From contig JBDRFE010000030.1 of the NCBI GenBank assembly GCA_043819075.1, forward strand, positions 1 to 15,393: DNA of 15,393 nt, in the 5' to 3' direction. Position numbers and translations under genes: made by a program. The notes beneath the pieces are model-generated. The model was given only the letters and a program-made list of their open reading frames with translations. It had not been told where the DNA came from and did no database searches. Below are positions 6,405 through 14,769 of the stretch, in pieces (position 1 is the first letter of the stretch; every line of letters begins with the position of its first letter). Source of the DNA: an archaeon. Its GTDB lineage: Archaea > Iainarchaeota > Iainarchaeia > Iainarchaeales > 1-14-0-10-31-34.

Positions 6405-7595
6405 TCAGGCTAAAAGGTTTGGCGCAAACAATAAAATTAATCCAAGCACAACAAGAATTGCGCCGCCTAAAATCTTGCAGTAAACAGCATACTTTTGCAT
6501 GAAACTGCTGTTAACTGCAAAAGCCGCAAAACCAAAAATAACCATGTCATCTAACATGAAAAAAAAGTCGTAAACCAGAATATAAAAATAATGCTCAAAA
6601 AAAGAGAGATTGCTTAAAACAAGAATCTGCGTAAAAACAGCCGGAATAGCAGAAGAACAGACAAACTCAATTGAATTAACAACAAAAGCCAAAGCAAAAA
6701 CACCAAAAATTACTGCCAAAGACAAGGGCTGGGAAATTAATTCATTAATTTTATTCATTGTCGTTTTATGAGAACTTTCGTCTCCAACTTTACAGGTTAA
6801 ATTTCCTTTTGAATCAAAAAATTCTTTGACACTTAAAATTCCTCCGCCTAAAGCAAGTAATCCAATTAAAACAGTTAGAAATCTGATGTAACCTAAAAAC
6901 AGAAAAACATTAAGCCAGGCAGTCATAAACAAAAAATAAAGCAAACCAGAAGCAAAAACAAAACTGCCAACAACAATCCAGGTTCTCTTCTTGTCCTTTA
7001 CATTAGCTAAAACTGCAATCAAGTAAACCAAGACCCACATTGCACAAGGATTGAATCCGTCAATCAAGCCCAAAACAACTGCCAGAACAGGAATGGAAAA
7101 AGAAGTCAAATTGGTTTTGCCTAAAAAAGGCAAATCAAATTCAGTTAAAGCAGTTGAACTTCTTTCATCTGGTTTAATTGCTTCATTGTTTTGTGCACTG
7201 GAAATCGCATCCAAGATTTCCTGTTTTGAATGCACTCCAACCAAAGCCTGGTTTCCGATAAAAGTAGTCGGAGTCCTGATAACAGAAGAATCAATGCCGG
7301 TTTTTACAGCCAATTCAAGATACAATTTAGAGCCATCAACAGTTGAAGCATCATTGAAGACAAAAGAAAATTCAGGCAATTCATTTTGGAGTTCAAGAAT
7401 AATTGGTTTTTGTTCAGCACAATGAGGGCATTCCGGGAGAAAAAAATAATTTACAGTCAAATTGTTTCCTGAAACCTGCTGCTGGTTTGCATCAAAAGGA
7501 AAAAAAACAATAAAGCCTCCGAGCAGAACAAGAAAAACAACAAGAAACAAATTAAATTTTGGCTTAAGAAAATTTCTTAAAAAAGAAAGGTCCAT
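6405..7595 (-). CDS. Thioredoxin/glutaredoxin-like domain fused to a DsbD/CcdA-like multi-pass membrane domain
   Basis: N-terminal TM helix, CPHC and TPT (cis-Pro) motifs, then DGFNPCAMWVL and EFVCS membrane cysteines within about 6 TM helices. Confidence 0.82.
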   Translation of the reverse strand: MDLSFLRNFLKPKFNLFLVVFLVLLGGFIVFFPFDANQQQVSGNNLTVNYFFLPECPHCAEQKPIILELQNELPEFSFVFNDASTVDGSKLYLELAVKTGIDSSVIRTPTTFIGNQALVGVHSKQEILDAISSAQNNEAIKPDERSSTALTEFDLPFLGKTNLTSFSIPVLAVVLGLIDGFNPCAMWVLVYLIAVLANVKDKKRTWIVVGSFVFASGLLYFLFMTAWLNVFLFLGYIRFLTVLIGLLALGGGILSVKEFFDSKGNLTCKVGDESSHKTTMNKINELISQPLSLAVIFGVFALAFVVNSIEFVCSSAIPAVFTQILVLSNLSFFEHYFYILVYDFFFMLDDMVIFGFAAFAVNSSFMQKYAVYCKILGGAILVVLGLILLFAPNLLA

Positions 7596-7604
7596 GAAAA
7601 CACT

Positions 7605-7925
7605 TTAGTCGTTAACTCTTTTAATTTTATTGCCGGAAAAACAATAGTTTCCTCCTTCAATCCTGATTGCTTTGCCTTTAACTATTGCTTCGGCAATCTT
7701 TTTTCTTGCGCCAAGAATCAGCCTGTGGAAAGTCGGCTGGGAAATATTCATTTTTTTTGCACAATCATCTTGGTCTAATCCAACTAAATCCTTTAATCTC
7801 ACAGCCTCAAATTCTTCAACCGAAACAATTACTTCTTCCAGTTCCCTTAATTTGATTCCGGCTGGCTTAAAGTAAGTTATGTCTGGTTCTGAATGAACTC
7901 TTCTGAATCTTCTTGGCCTGACCAT
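7605..7925 (-). CDS. DUF134 (UPF0251) family putative DNA-binding regulator
   Basis: [40 protein letters not shown]...ARKKIAEA...GKAIRIEGG. Confidence 0.92.
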   Translation of the reverse strand: MVRPRRFRRVHSEPDITYFKPAGIKLRELEEVIVSVEEFEAVRLKDLVGLDQDDCAKKMNISQPTFHRLILGARKKIAEAIVKGKAIRIEGGNYCFSGNKIKRVND

Positions 7926-7926
7926 T

Positions 7927-8184
7927 TCAATCCTTTATTTCTTTAAGTTTTTCTTCAATTGCTTTCTTTTCGTCTTCAATGTCTTTTAACTCTTCTTGAA
8001 GAATTTTTTTTTCTTCTTCATTGGTTAAAGGCCTGCTGAAAGGTTCGTCATAGAAACCAAAGTTTCTGAATCCTCTTCCGAAACCTCTTCTAAAGCCTCT
8101 TCCGCATCCTTTTCTGCAATAACCAAAACCTCTTCCTGTTAAAGGGCCTCTTCCAGCAGGTCCAAATCCATTATAGCCAGGCAT
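7927..8184 (-). CDS. DUF5320 family small Gly/Arg-rich protein with C-terminal coiled coil (85 aa)
   Basis: SD GGAGGT (8197-8192) precedes ATG 8184; [27 protein letters not shown] repeats and an E/K-rich helix. Confidence 0.85.
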   Translation of the reverse strand: MPGYNGFGPAGRGPLTGRGFGYCRKGCGRGFRRGFGRGFRNFGFYDEPFSRPLTNEEEKKILQEELKDIEDEKKAIEEKLKEIKD

Positions 8185-8206
8185 AATTATTACCTCCTTT
8201 AAATTT

Positions 8207-8284
8207 TTATTTACATTTTCCTTTTTTTCTTCCTGTTTTTGGTCCTTTTCCTTCAGGGCCTTTTCCATCTTTATTCGGCATCAT
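8207..8284 (-). CDS. 25-aa micro-protein MMPNKDGKGPEGKGPKTGRKKGKCK (stand-alone DUF5320 N-terminal motif)
   Basis: Own SD GGAGGT just upstream, TAA stop at 8209-8207; matches the MPxxDGxGPxGxGPxTGRxxGxC motif. Absent from the ORF track. Confidence 0.7.
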   Translation of the reverse strand: MMPNKDGKGPEGKGPKTGRKKGKCK

Positions 8285-8308
8285 GAATACCTCCATTAAA
8301 ATTCTGTA

Positions 8309-8337
8309 ATGAATATATATTCATAACACTATTTAAA
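8309..8337 (-). promoter_or_regulatory. TATA box (TTTAAATA, 8337-8330) followed by perfect 16-bp palindrome ATGAATATATATTCAT (8309-8324), a putative operator
   Basis: The palindrome lies between the TATA box and the first RBS of the operon that contains the DUF134 regulator. Confidence 0.65.
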
Positions 8338-8970
8338 GGTTTTGGCCTGAAAAATTGCGTTAAAATCTTCTTTACTTAGCTCGCACAGCCTTTTGTCTTC
8401 AAAGAAAGCATTTCCTTTTTTCGGAAGAATTTTCCAAATAGAATTAAAGCCTTGTTTTTTTATTTTATCAAAATAGTTTTTTATGTTTTCATAATGCGCC
8501 TGAGATTTTTCCTGAAAATCTTTTTCATGCTTAAAGCCTTGTTTCAGTAAAGCGCAGAAAGAATAACTTTTTTTAAAATCGGTTTCTTTTTTCAGTGAAA
8601 TGAATGGAAACAACTTGCATTGCATTGGCTTTGCTTCATGAATAGTGCATAACCCGTTTTCAAGGAAAACACAGTGTTCTTTTTTCTTTAAAGAAATGTT
8701 TGGCAGAACAAAAAAATAATCTGAATCAGAGTGCTTTTCCAGTTTTTCAAGAATTTTTTCCGGAACCACCTGTTTTTTTACTGCAAAAAAGTTTTCTGTT
8801 TTTCCTGAAGGAAAAAACTGCAGCATTAACTCACAGTTTTTTTCAATAAACTCTTTTTTGCTTAAACCCAGTTTTTTTGCTATTTTTTCTGCTTCTTTTG
8901 GCAGTAAAGTGATATTATACCTTTTACAGCATTCCTGGCAGGCAGAACAAATGCTTTTAATTGATTTCAT
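8329..8970 (-). CDS. YkgJ/FliB-like cysteine-cluster (Zn or Fe-S) protein
   Basis: CSACQECC ... CVFLENGLCTIHEAKPMQCKLFPF ... C. Confidence 0.88.
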   Translation of the reverse strand: MKSIKSICSACQECCKRYNITLLPKEAEKIAKKLGLSKKEFIEKNCELMLQFFPSGKTENFFAVKKQVVPEKILEKLEKHSDSDYFFVLPNISLKKKEHCVFLENGLCTIHEAKPMQCKLFPFISLKKETDFKKSYSFCALLKQGFKHEKDFQEKSQAHYENIKNYFDKIKKQGFNSIWKILPKKGNAFFEDKRLCELSKEDFNAIFQAKTFK

Positions 8971-9012
8971 TAAAAAGTATTTATTGCTTTAGTTCTTTTA
9001 ATTAAAGCGTTT

Positions 9013-9240
9013 GCCTCTATAGCTCAGTGGTAGAGTGACTGACTTGTACAACCGTTTCGCCGGTTGGTAACGAAGTACGGGATAAACCCGTACATGCTTC
9101 GCAACCGTCACGATCAGTTGGTATGCGGGCACGGCGTAAAACCGTGCTAGCAGGACTGAACGAAGTGAATGTCCTGCACCGTTACTCTCGAGCGGAATCG
9201 AGAAATCAGTAGGTCGGGGGTTCAAATCCCCCTAGAGGCT
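9013..9240 (+). tRNA. tRNA-Thr (TGT) with a 156-nt intron at the canonical 37/38 position
   Basis: Acceptor GCCTCTA/TAGAGGC, anticodon stem ACTGA/TCAGT, loop CTTGTA|A, T arm GGGGG-TTCAAAT-CCCCC. Exons 9013-9048 and 9205-9240. Confidence 0.93.
9049..9204 (+). other. Long, highly structured BHB-type tRNA intron
   Basis: CTTG (positions 32-35) pairs with intron CGAG (9199-9202); 3-nt bulges TA|C and AA|A; at least six internal helices. Confidence 0.85.
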
Positions 9241-9260
9241 TCCTTCAAAAAAGTAAAGCC

Positions 9261-9407
9261 CTATTTCATTTTTGTCTTTTTTTGTGGTTTGTCCCAGTAA
9301 TGGCTTTTGCATTTAGGGCAAACTAAAGGCTTGCCTTTTTTGGTTCTTGCCACCCAAATATGTTTACATCTTTCACATTTGCATCCAAATAATTTAACTT
9401 TAGCCAT
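9261..9407 (-). CDS. 48-aa zinc-ribbon protein MAKVKLFGCKCERCKHIWVARTKKGKPLVCPKCKSHYWDKPQKKTKMK
   Basis: Translated by hand (ATG 9407, TAG 9263-9261); CxxC-x-H-x-W ... CPxCxS-x-YW pattern. Confidence 0.85.
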   Translation of the reverse strand: MAKVKLFGCKCERCKHIWVARTKKGKPLVCPKCKSHYWDKPQKKTKMK

Positions 9408-9470
9408 ATAATTACTATAATATGCCAAACAGAATTTAAGTGTTTTAGGTTACCACGCACTGCAAAAAAA

Positions 9471-10307
9471 GCTTCGAATAATTTGTTTTTCACGCCCTAA
9501 AGGCTTTTAAAGACAAATCAGGCAAATATTATTAATTGTTTTAATTCACTAATTGTTAAATGAATGAATTTAAAGTGGACGAAGAATTCGGCAGAAAATC
9601 ATATTCCCTCCAATCAATGGATAAAAAAAAGTTACAGGAAATTGCCGCTGATTTAGGATATAAAATAGACTATGCATGGCATCCTTTATACAGTGAAATA
9701 TTCGGGGTTAGTAAAAGCAATCCAAAAAATACTTTTTTTCAAGAAAGTCTGATTCTACATGATTTAAATAATGAAGGCCCAATATATGAGAAATTTTTAA
9801 CAGAAGAAAGAGAAAATCCAGAATTTAAAAAAAAAGCTAAAATGGATTATGAAGAACTGAAAAAGAATGGAGAAACAGATGAATCAATTATGAACAGCCA
9901 TCAAGATGATGCCCTTGATTATTGGCATGATGGAGAATTAAACAAAATTGCAGACAAAAAAATGTTTAAAAGGTATGGTGGGGTAATTTTTTATAACAAG
10001 GAACAAGAAAAAGAATACGAAAAAATGATGGAATGGGGCTATGATTACTTTGCAGAAAGAAACATATTACATTTAAAAACCATTAATTCTAATAAACCAA
10101 AAGTTTTATTGTTCCTTGACCATAAAAATTTTGGCTACAACTCTCAAAAAATCAACGAAACTCAATGGAAAAAATACTTAAACATCATGCAAAAAAAACT
10201 AGAAAAATCATAAAACTGTTTTTAACTGCTTTTACACCATATTTTTATTGTAAACCAAAAAGCCTGATAGGCTTTGAATAATTTGTTTTCCTAGTCCTAG
10301 AGGCTTT
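9471..10307 (+). repeat. 37-bp imperfect direct repeat (9471-9507 and 10271-10307) flanking the 217-aa gene
   Basis: GCTTCGAATAATTTGTTTTTCACGCCCTAAAGGCTTT vs GCTTTGAATAATTTGTTTTCCTAGTCCTAGAGGCTTT: 31/37 identical, 800 nt apart. Confidence 0.8.
9560..10213 (+). CDS. Hypothetical soluble protein (217 aa)
   Basis: Long ORF with normal composition; no family recognised. Confidence 0.7.
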   Translation: MNEFKVDEEFGRKSYSLQSMDKKKLQEIAADLGYKIDYAWHPLYSEIFGVSKSNPKNTFFQESLILHDLNNEGPIYEKFLTEERENPEFKKKAKMDYEELKKNGETDESIMNSHQDDALDYWHDGELNKIADKKMFKRYGGVIFYNKEQEKEYEKMMEWGYDYFAERNILHLKTINSNKPKVLLFLDHKNFGYNSQKINETQWKKYLNIMQKKLEKS

Positions 10308-10482
10308 GGCCTTTTAGCCAAGGAAAACCAAAAAGTTAAAATAAAAGTTTAAACTTATTGCAAACTATTACAGAAGAGAAATAAGTCCTTTTAAGCAGAA
10401 AAAGCCATGTTGTTTCTTTAACTATTTTTTTTATTTTTCTCTTAAAGTTAACTTTATATTTGATTAATACATAAAATACTGT

Positions 10483-11937
10483 ATGAACAAAATACTGTTA
10501 ATTTTCTTAATAATTACATTAACAATCTCTTTCGGCTGCCTTGAAGAAAAAAACGGAATTGGAAAAGCAGTCAAACTTATTCCTGCCGACAATATAGCCA
10601 TAGAAAAAACAAGCACAATTCAAAAAGAAACGCATTCAAAATGCAGCAACCAACAATGTATTGAAGTGCAGGGGATAGGAACAAACGAATGCCGGTCAAA
10701 TTCTGATTGCACTGGCATGAATTTAGATGAAATGTTAAATATGTGTTATGGTTTAACACAACAAGAATGCAATCAATACAAAGTTAAATTTGTTAAAACA
10801 ATTATAGAAAAATACAAATATTATCACAAAAACTCAAACGAATTATTTAATCAATACGAAAAGGATAACTTATTTATTGAATGGGACAATAATCTTTCTG
10901 AAAGCATTGGAAGCCCTGTCGGGGGACATTTTACAGATCCTGTCTATTCTTATCCATTAACCAAAATATACAACACAGATTTCAACAGGGTGCTTGAAGA
11001 ACTCAAAAAAAAGCACATAATATTTAATTATTTTGTGCACGGAAACCCTACAACAGCAGGCTTTGGGTTAAACTTGAATGAAACAGAATCCGAAAGAAAC
11101 AAAATTTATACTACAAATGAGGAATTCATAAACTTTGCTTTTGAAAACGGTTCTCCGGCTCTTCTTGTTGACGCAAAAGCCTGTGGAAGCTGGATAATCT
11201 GGGACAATAAAGACCAGTTTTGTTGCTGGCCACAGGCAATGACCGGTTCAGGAGTATGGCTTTATATGGATCCTTTTGGTGGCTATGAATACCAGCAAAA
11301 TTTACAAAAAAAATTAAGTTCAGGAGAAATTGCAGGAAAATCTTTGCTTGAAGTTTCCAGAAGCGAACTATATTTGCATGGAGATATAACAGCGCATTTG
11401 CCTGGTAATGGAACAGAAGAACTTTCATGTGGATGGGCTAATAAATTAGGAGTTGATTGTGTTTGCAGCCCTCCAGAAGAAAAAAACAAACTTGGCATAA
11501 TAATAAAACAAAACGGAATTTACAATAATCCTGAATTAGTCAATTCAATTAATCAGTTCATAGATGCTGTTAAAATAGACACAGGAATTTCTGGAAGTTT
11601 ATATAAATTCAGTGGAAGTTCTTTTGAAGAACTAGACTCTTTCATTGAAAACTTGTATGACATTTCAAATGTGGCTTATGTGATAATAATTGGGACTGAC
11701 TTACCTGTAGCTGAAACAATTGAATCGGATGGATTACAGCTTGTGGGTGCACAAGAACTTGGAACAGTAAACAATGTAATAGAAAATGATATTGGCTGCT
11801 ATGATGTAGCCATTTCATATATACTGCCTCCTTTGCACTACCCTCAAAACTGCAAAAAAGGGGAAACCAATTGTGTTGAAGGGCAGTTATATAAATGCAA
11901 CGATTATAACTGGGTTTCAACAGGAGAAAATTGTTAA
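10483..11937 (+). CDS. Secreted lipoprotein-like clan CD (C25 gingipain-like) cysteine peptidase, apparently circularly permuted
   Basis: Signal peptide with SFGC lipobox-like motif; FNYFVHG (H186), LLVDAKACGS (C234), SGEIAGKSL and LYLHGD, followed later by YVIIIGTDLP. Confidence 0.6.
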   Translation: MNKILLIFLIITLTISFGCLEEKNGIGKAVKLIPADNIAIEKTSTIQKETHSKCSNQQCIEVQGIGTNECRSNSDCTGMNLDEMLNMCYGLTQQECNQYKVKFVKTIIEKYKYYHKNSNELFNQYEKDNLFIEWDNNLSESIGSPVGGHFTDPVYSYPLTKIYNTDFNRVLEELKKKHIIFNYFVHGNPTTAGFGLNLNETESERNKIYTTNEEFINFAFENGSPALLVDAKACGSWIIWDNKDQFCCWPQAMTGSGVWLYMDPFGGYEYQQNLQKKLSSGEIAGKSLLEVSRSELYLHGDITAHLPGNGTEELSCGWANKLGVDCVCSPPEEKNKLGIIIKQNGIYNNPELVNSINQFIDAVKIDTGISGSLYKFSGSSFEELDSFIENLYDISNVAYVIIIGTDLPVAETIESDGLQLVGAQELGTVNNVIENDIGCYDVAISYILPPLHYPQNCKKGETNCVEGQLYKCNDYNWVSTGENC

Positions 11938-12063
11938 TTTATGTTCATAAAAAATAGTTTTAATTTTTCATAAAAACAGGACAAATATACATCTTCCCCC
12001 TAGAGGCTTTTCCTGTTTTTTAACACAGCACTGTTTTTATTCTTTTTTGTCTGAGTATTTTTT

Positions 12064-12657
12064 ATGGAAAACAAAGGTGCGCCTAACAAAAGCATTGCAT
12101 TAATCATTTTAGCCTGCCTTATAGCAGGAATTGCCGGTGCGATGATATTTGAAGCATTTTTTTCTGCAAACAAGGAAAAAATTGCATTTGAAAAAACGGT
12201 TTCAGTTCCATTAACAGAAATTTCTTCTTACACTCTGCTACAGAGAATGAATGCAAACGATAACAGCTTTGTAATAGTTGATTCAAGAGACAAAACAGCA
12301 TATGATTTAGGGCACATTAAGGGAGCAATCTCAATGCCTTTAAGCGAAATTCCTTCACGTTACAAGGAACTGCCTGAAGGCAAAGACATTATAGTGTATT
12401 GCTGGAGCAGTGAATGCATGCTTAGCCCGACAGCTTCCTCTAAGCTGGCAGAGCTTGGAGTAAAAAACTTAAAGGAATTAAGGATTGGCTGGTGCGAGTG
12501 GAGCGAAAGAGGATTTCCAATTGAAGGAAAAAGATATGTATTAGAAGGAGAATGCTTTGTGCCCCAAAGAAGTTTTAACAACGAAGAAGTTGAAGTAATT
12601 AAAATCATTGACGCAAACTATTTGGAGCCATGCACTGCAGATGGAACAGGCTGTTAA
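12064..12657 (+). CDS. Membrane-anchored rhodanese-domain protein
   Basis: N-terminal TM helix; IVDSR...YDLGHIKGAISMP, IIVYCWS, LRIGWCEW...GFP. Confidence 0.9.
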   Translation: MENKGAPNKSIALIILACLIAGIAGAMIFEAFFSANKEKIAFEKTVSVPLTEISSYTLLQRMNANDNSFVIVDSRDKTAYDLGHIKGAISMPLSEIPSRYKELPEGKDIIVYCWSSECMLSPTASSKLAELGVKNLKELRIGWCEWSERGFPIEGKRYVLEGECFVPQRSFNNEEVEVIKIIDANYLEPCTADGTGC

Positions 12658-12663
12658 AAAAAA

Positions 12664-12951
12664 CTATTTTCTTTTTGAATGCTTTCTGAGAATTTTGTCT
12701 AATTCAAGCATTGTCTGCCTTGAATTAACGTCAGTAAAGGGCACTCTTTTTCCGCCAGGGTAAATCAAAGTAAGTTTTCCTGCACGCACAACAGAGGTAA
12801 AGCCAAGGGAAGAAAGCTTGTGCAAAGCCTGATTTGAATCCATTGCAGTCATTCTTGAGCCAATTTTGGCAACCCCAGAACCAATTCTGACAAGCTTTTT
12901 TCCAGCCATGTGCCTAAGATTTGCAAGCACATGCTTTTTCATTAAAGGCAT
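12664..12951 (-). CDS. Small basic hypothetical protein
   Basis: Fills the gap between neighbouring genes; the start is uncertain (12993, 12951 or 12942). Confidence 0.5.
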   Translation of the reverse strand: MPLMKKHVLANLRHMAGKKLVRIGSGVAKIGSRMTAMDSNQALHKLSSLGFTSVVRAGKLTLIYPGGKRVPFTDVNSRQTMLELDKILRKHSKRK

Positions 12952-13089
12952 GAAAAAACAAAGCCCAGTTTTTAATTTAAAGATAACGCACAAATAAGTT
13001 AATTTCTGGATAAAAAAAACAGTTTAATGGTTTTCTTAAAAGAAAAACTATTTATACTATAAAACTTTTAATATTGAGAAGGTGATGCA

Positions 13090-13527
13090 ATGGAAGAATC
13101 AATTCAGTTTGTAGCAAACATGAATGGCTGGATTTCAATCAAAAAATTAAAGGTAACAGAACAAACTAATCCAAAAAGCGTAATGGAGTTTCTGGCTTCC
13201 CTTGGAACAGGATTAGACAGGAAAGTTGAAGAAAATCTGGGAAAAATTGTTGAACTACAGAAACTGGATTCAGCTTTAAATGAAATTCTAAATGAAGCAG
13301 GGAAAAGCCCTGAAAAAATCATTCAGGAAGTGAACACAAGAAAAATTAATGCAATAATAAATGAATTAGTTGAAAAACCTCAATGGCGGAAAGGAGAAAA
13401 AAAAGAAGTCTCAGAATTTTTAAAAGTTTATGCAATGAAAAAAGCTTTAAAGAACATTAAAATAAGAGTGGATTACTCTGAAATAGAGATTCCGGGAATG
13501 AAGAAAGTAAAAAAAGCAAAGGTTTAA
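13090..13527 (+). CDS. Archaeal conserved protein, DUF2666-like
   Basis: SD GGTGA at 13081; the IQFVAN..GWISIKKL....T.PK.VMEFLASL N-terminus resembles DUF2666 (from recall). Confidence 0.65.
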   Translation: MEESIQFVANMNGWISIKKLKVTEQTNPKSVMEFLASLGTGLDRKVEENLGKIVELQKLDSALNEILNEAGKSPEKIIQEVNTRKINAIINELVEKPQWRKGEKKEVSEFLKVYAMKKALKNIKIRVDYSEIEIPGMKKVKKAKV

Positions 13528-13530
13528 TTC

Positions 13531-14403
13531 ATGGTATTAGAGTTCTCTGACACAACAATACTGCATGCAGTGCAAAACTTTCATCCAATTCCATTGTATT
13601 ACATGGATTACTTAATAAGGTTTTTAACTGAATTAGGGTCGCCTTTGTTATGGCTGTTTTTAGTGGCTTTTTTGTATTGGAGAGGAAAAGAAAAAGAATC
13701 CTTTCATTTAATGAACTTAATTGTTTTCTCTGTACTGGTTGTCGGAGCAGCAAAAGAATTCTTTCACAAGCCAAGGCCTTCGATTGACGAAGGATTCCGA
13801 GTATTAGTGCAAGAAAGATTCGGGGGGTTTGGCTTTCCTTCAGGGCATTCAACTACCATTGCAGCAATATTCGGCTACTACTTGAACAACAAAAACAAGT
13901 TAATTGTCGTAGGATTAGGGATTGCAACAATTTTAGTGGCTTATTCAAGGCTTTACTTAGGAGCACATTTTCCTTCAGATGTTGTTGTAGGAGTTGTGTT
14001 AGGAATATTAATCGGAATGAGCAACAACAGAGTGCTGAAAAGCCTGGAAAACTATTCTTTTAAGCTAAGCAAAATACAGGACGAAATTCTTATAGGAGTG
14101 CTAATTGCAATTGCATTATTGCTTCTTTTTTTGAGCCCAAAATTTGTTTACGGAGGATTATTCTTTGGCTATTACGCTGGATTCTTTTTCTTGAGAGAAA
14201 TAGATTTCGAGCAGAAAAAAATTTCAAAAAAAGAAGTAACAGAAAAAACAGTTATTGGCTTTATCGGAATGGCTTTGCTGACAGCACCAATAATTTTGCA
14301 GCCAGAATTTATTTCAGATTCAGTGCAGTTTGCTTTAATGCTGTTTTTAGGTTTATGGGTTTCACTGATTGTTCCAGTGTTATACGAAAAAACAAGAAAA
14401 TAA
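13531..14403 (+). CDS. PAP2 family membrane phosphatase
   Basis: K.....PRP, FPSGH and SRLYLGAHFPSDV catalytic motifs; multiple TM helices. Confidence 0.93.
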   Translation: MVLEFSDTTILHAVQNFHPIPLYYMDYLIRFLTELGSPLLWLFLVAFLYWRGKEKESFHLMNLIVFSVLVVGAAKEFFHKPRPSIDEGFRVLVQERFGGFGFPSGHSTTIAAIFGYYLNNKNKLIVVGLGIATILVAYSRLYLGAHFPSDVVVGVVLGILIGMSNNRVLKSLENYSFKLSKIQDEILIGVLIAIALLLLFLSPKFVYGGLFFGYYAGFFFLREIDFEQKKISKKEVTEKTVIGFIGMALLTAPIILQPEFISDSVQFALMLFLGLWVSLIVPVLYEKTRK

Positions 14404-14430
14404 AAAAAAAGAAAAAGTGGATTAAAAGCA

Positions 14431-14628
14431 TCATTTTTTCATAAAAGAAACGTAAATCATGTATAATGCTGACAATCCAACTAATACATAAACTAGTTGA
14501 GCCAGAACAGGAATTGAGCCAAAAATGATTTTAACCAAATCCATATTAGCTATTCCGACTAAACCCCAGTTCAGTCCTCCTATAATGACTAAAACCAAGG
14601 CAATTACATCCACAATGTTTTTCTCCAT
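14431..14628 (-). CDS. DUF378 family small membrane protein
   Basis: LVLVIIGGLNWGLVG...DLV..IFG......VYVLVGLSALY; GGAGG-type SD upstream of ATG 14628. Confidence 0.9.
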   Translation of the reverse strand: MEKNIVDVIALVLVIIGGLNWGLVGIANMDLVKIIFGSIPVLAQLVYVLVGLSALYMIYVSFMKK

Positions 14629-14769
14629 AAACCACCCTCCAAAAACCATAACGGCTATAATTTAAACAAAAAACTGCAATATAATGGTTTGCATTCCCAA
14701 AAAAAACAGAAAAGGCTTTAAATTCTTCAAACCACTACTTCTTAATCATTTTTTAATGATAAAAAGGAA

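Larger units (their letters stand above)
9227..12010 (+). mobile_element. Integrase-less genomic islet or cassette array at the tRNA-Thr 3' end
   Basis: 15-bp direct repeat TCCCCCTAGAGGCTT at 9227-9241 and 11995-12009; degenerate internal copies at 9495-9507 and 10296-10307. Confidence 0.7.

Noticed and set aside
8185..8268. N-terminal extension of the 113-aa ORF 7927..8268
   Set aside because: The SD and family motif place the start at 8184, and the upstream DNA encodes the 25-aa micro-gene in another frame.
9049..9204. Group I/II intron or C/D box guide RNA inside the tRNA-Thr intron
   Set aside because: No terminal G or recognisable P7/domain V, and no proper RTGATGA C box. A BHB motif at 37/38 explains splicing.
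8998..9225. 75-aa minus-strand ORF
   Set aside because: It is the antisense of tRNA-Thr and its intron.
9323..9332. Additional CTAAAGGCTT copy of the att-like core
   Set aside because: It lies inside the Zn-ribbon coding sequence and lacks the flanking context; probably chance.
9227..12010. CRISPR array
   Set aside because: The repeats are few, degenerate and separated by 0.26-1.7 kb gene-containing intervals; no cas genes.
1102..13852. Remaining short ORFs nested in or antisense to longer genes (e.g. 1102..1365, 2270..2536, 5058..5420, 7051..7425, 11126..11428, 13529..13852)
   Set aside because: Shadow ORFs of well-supported genes, with no motifs or RBS.
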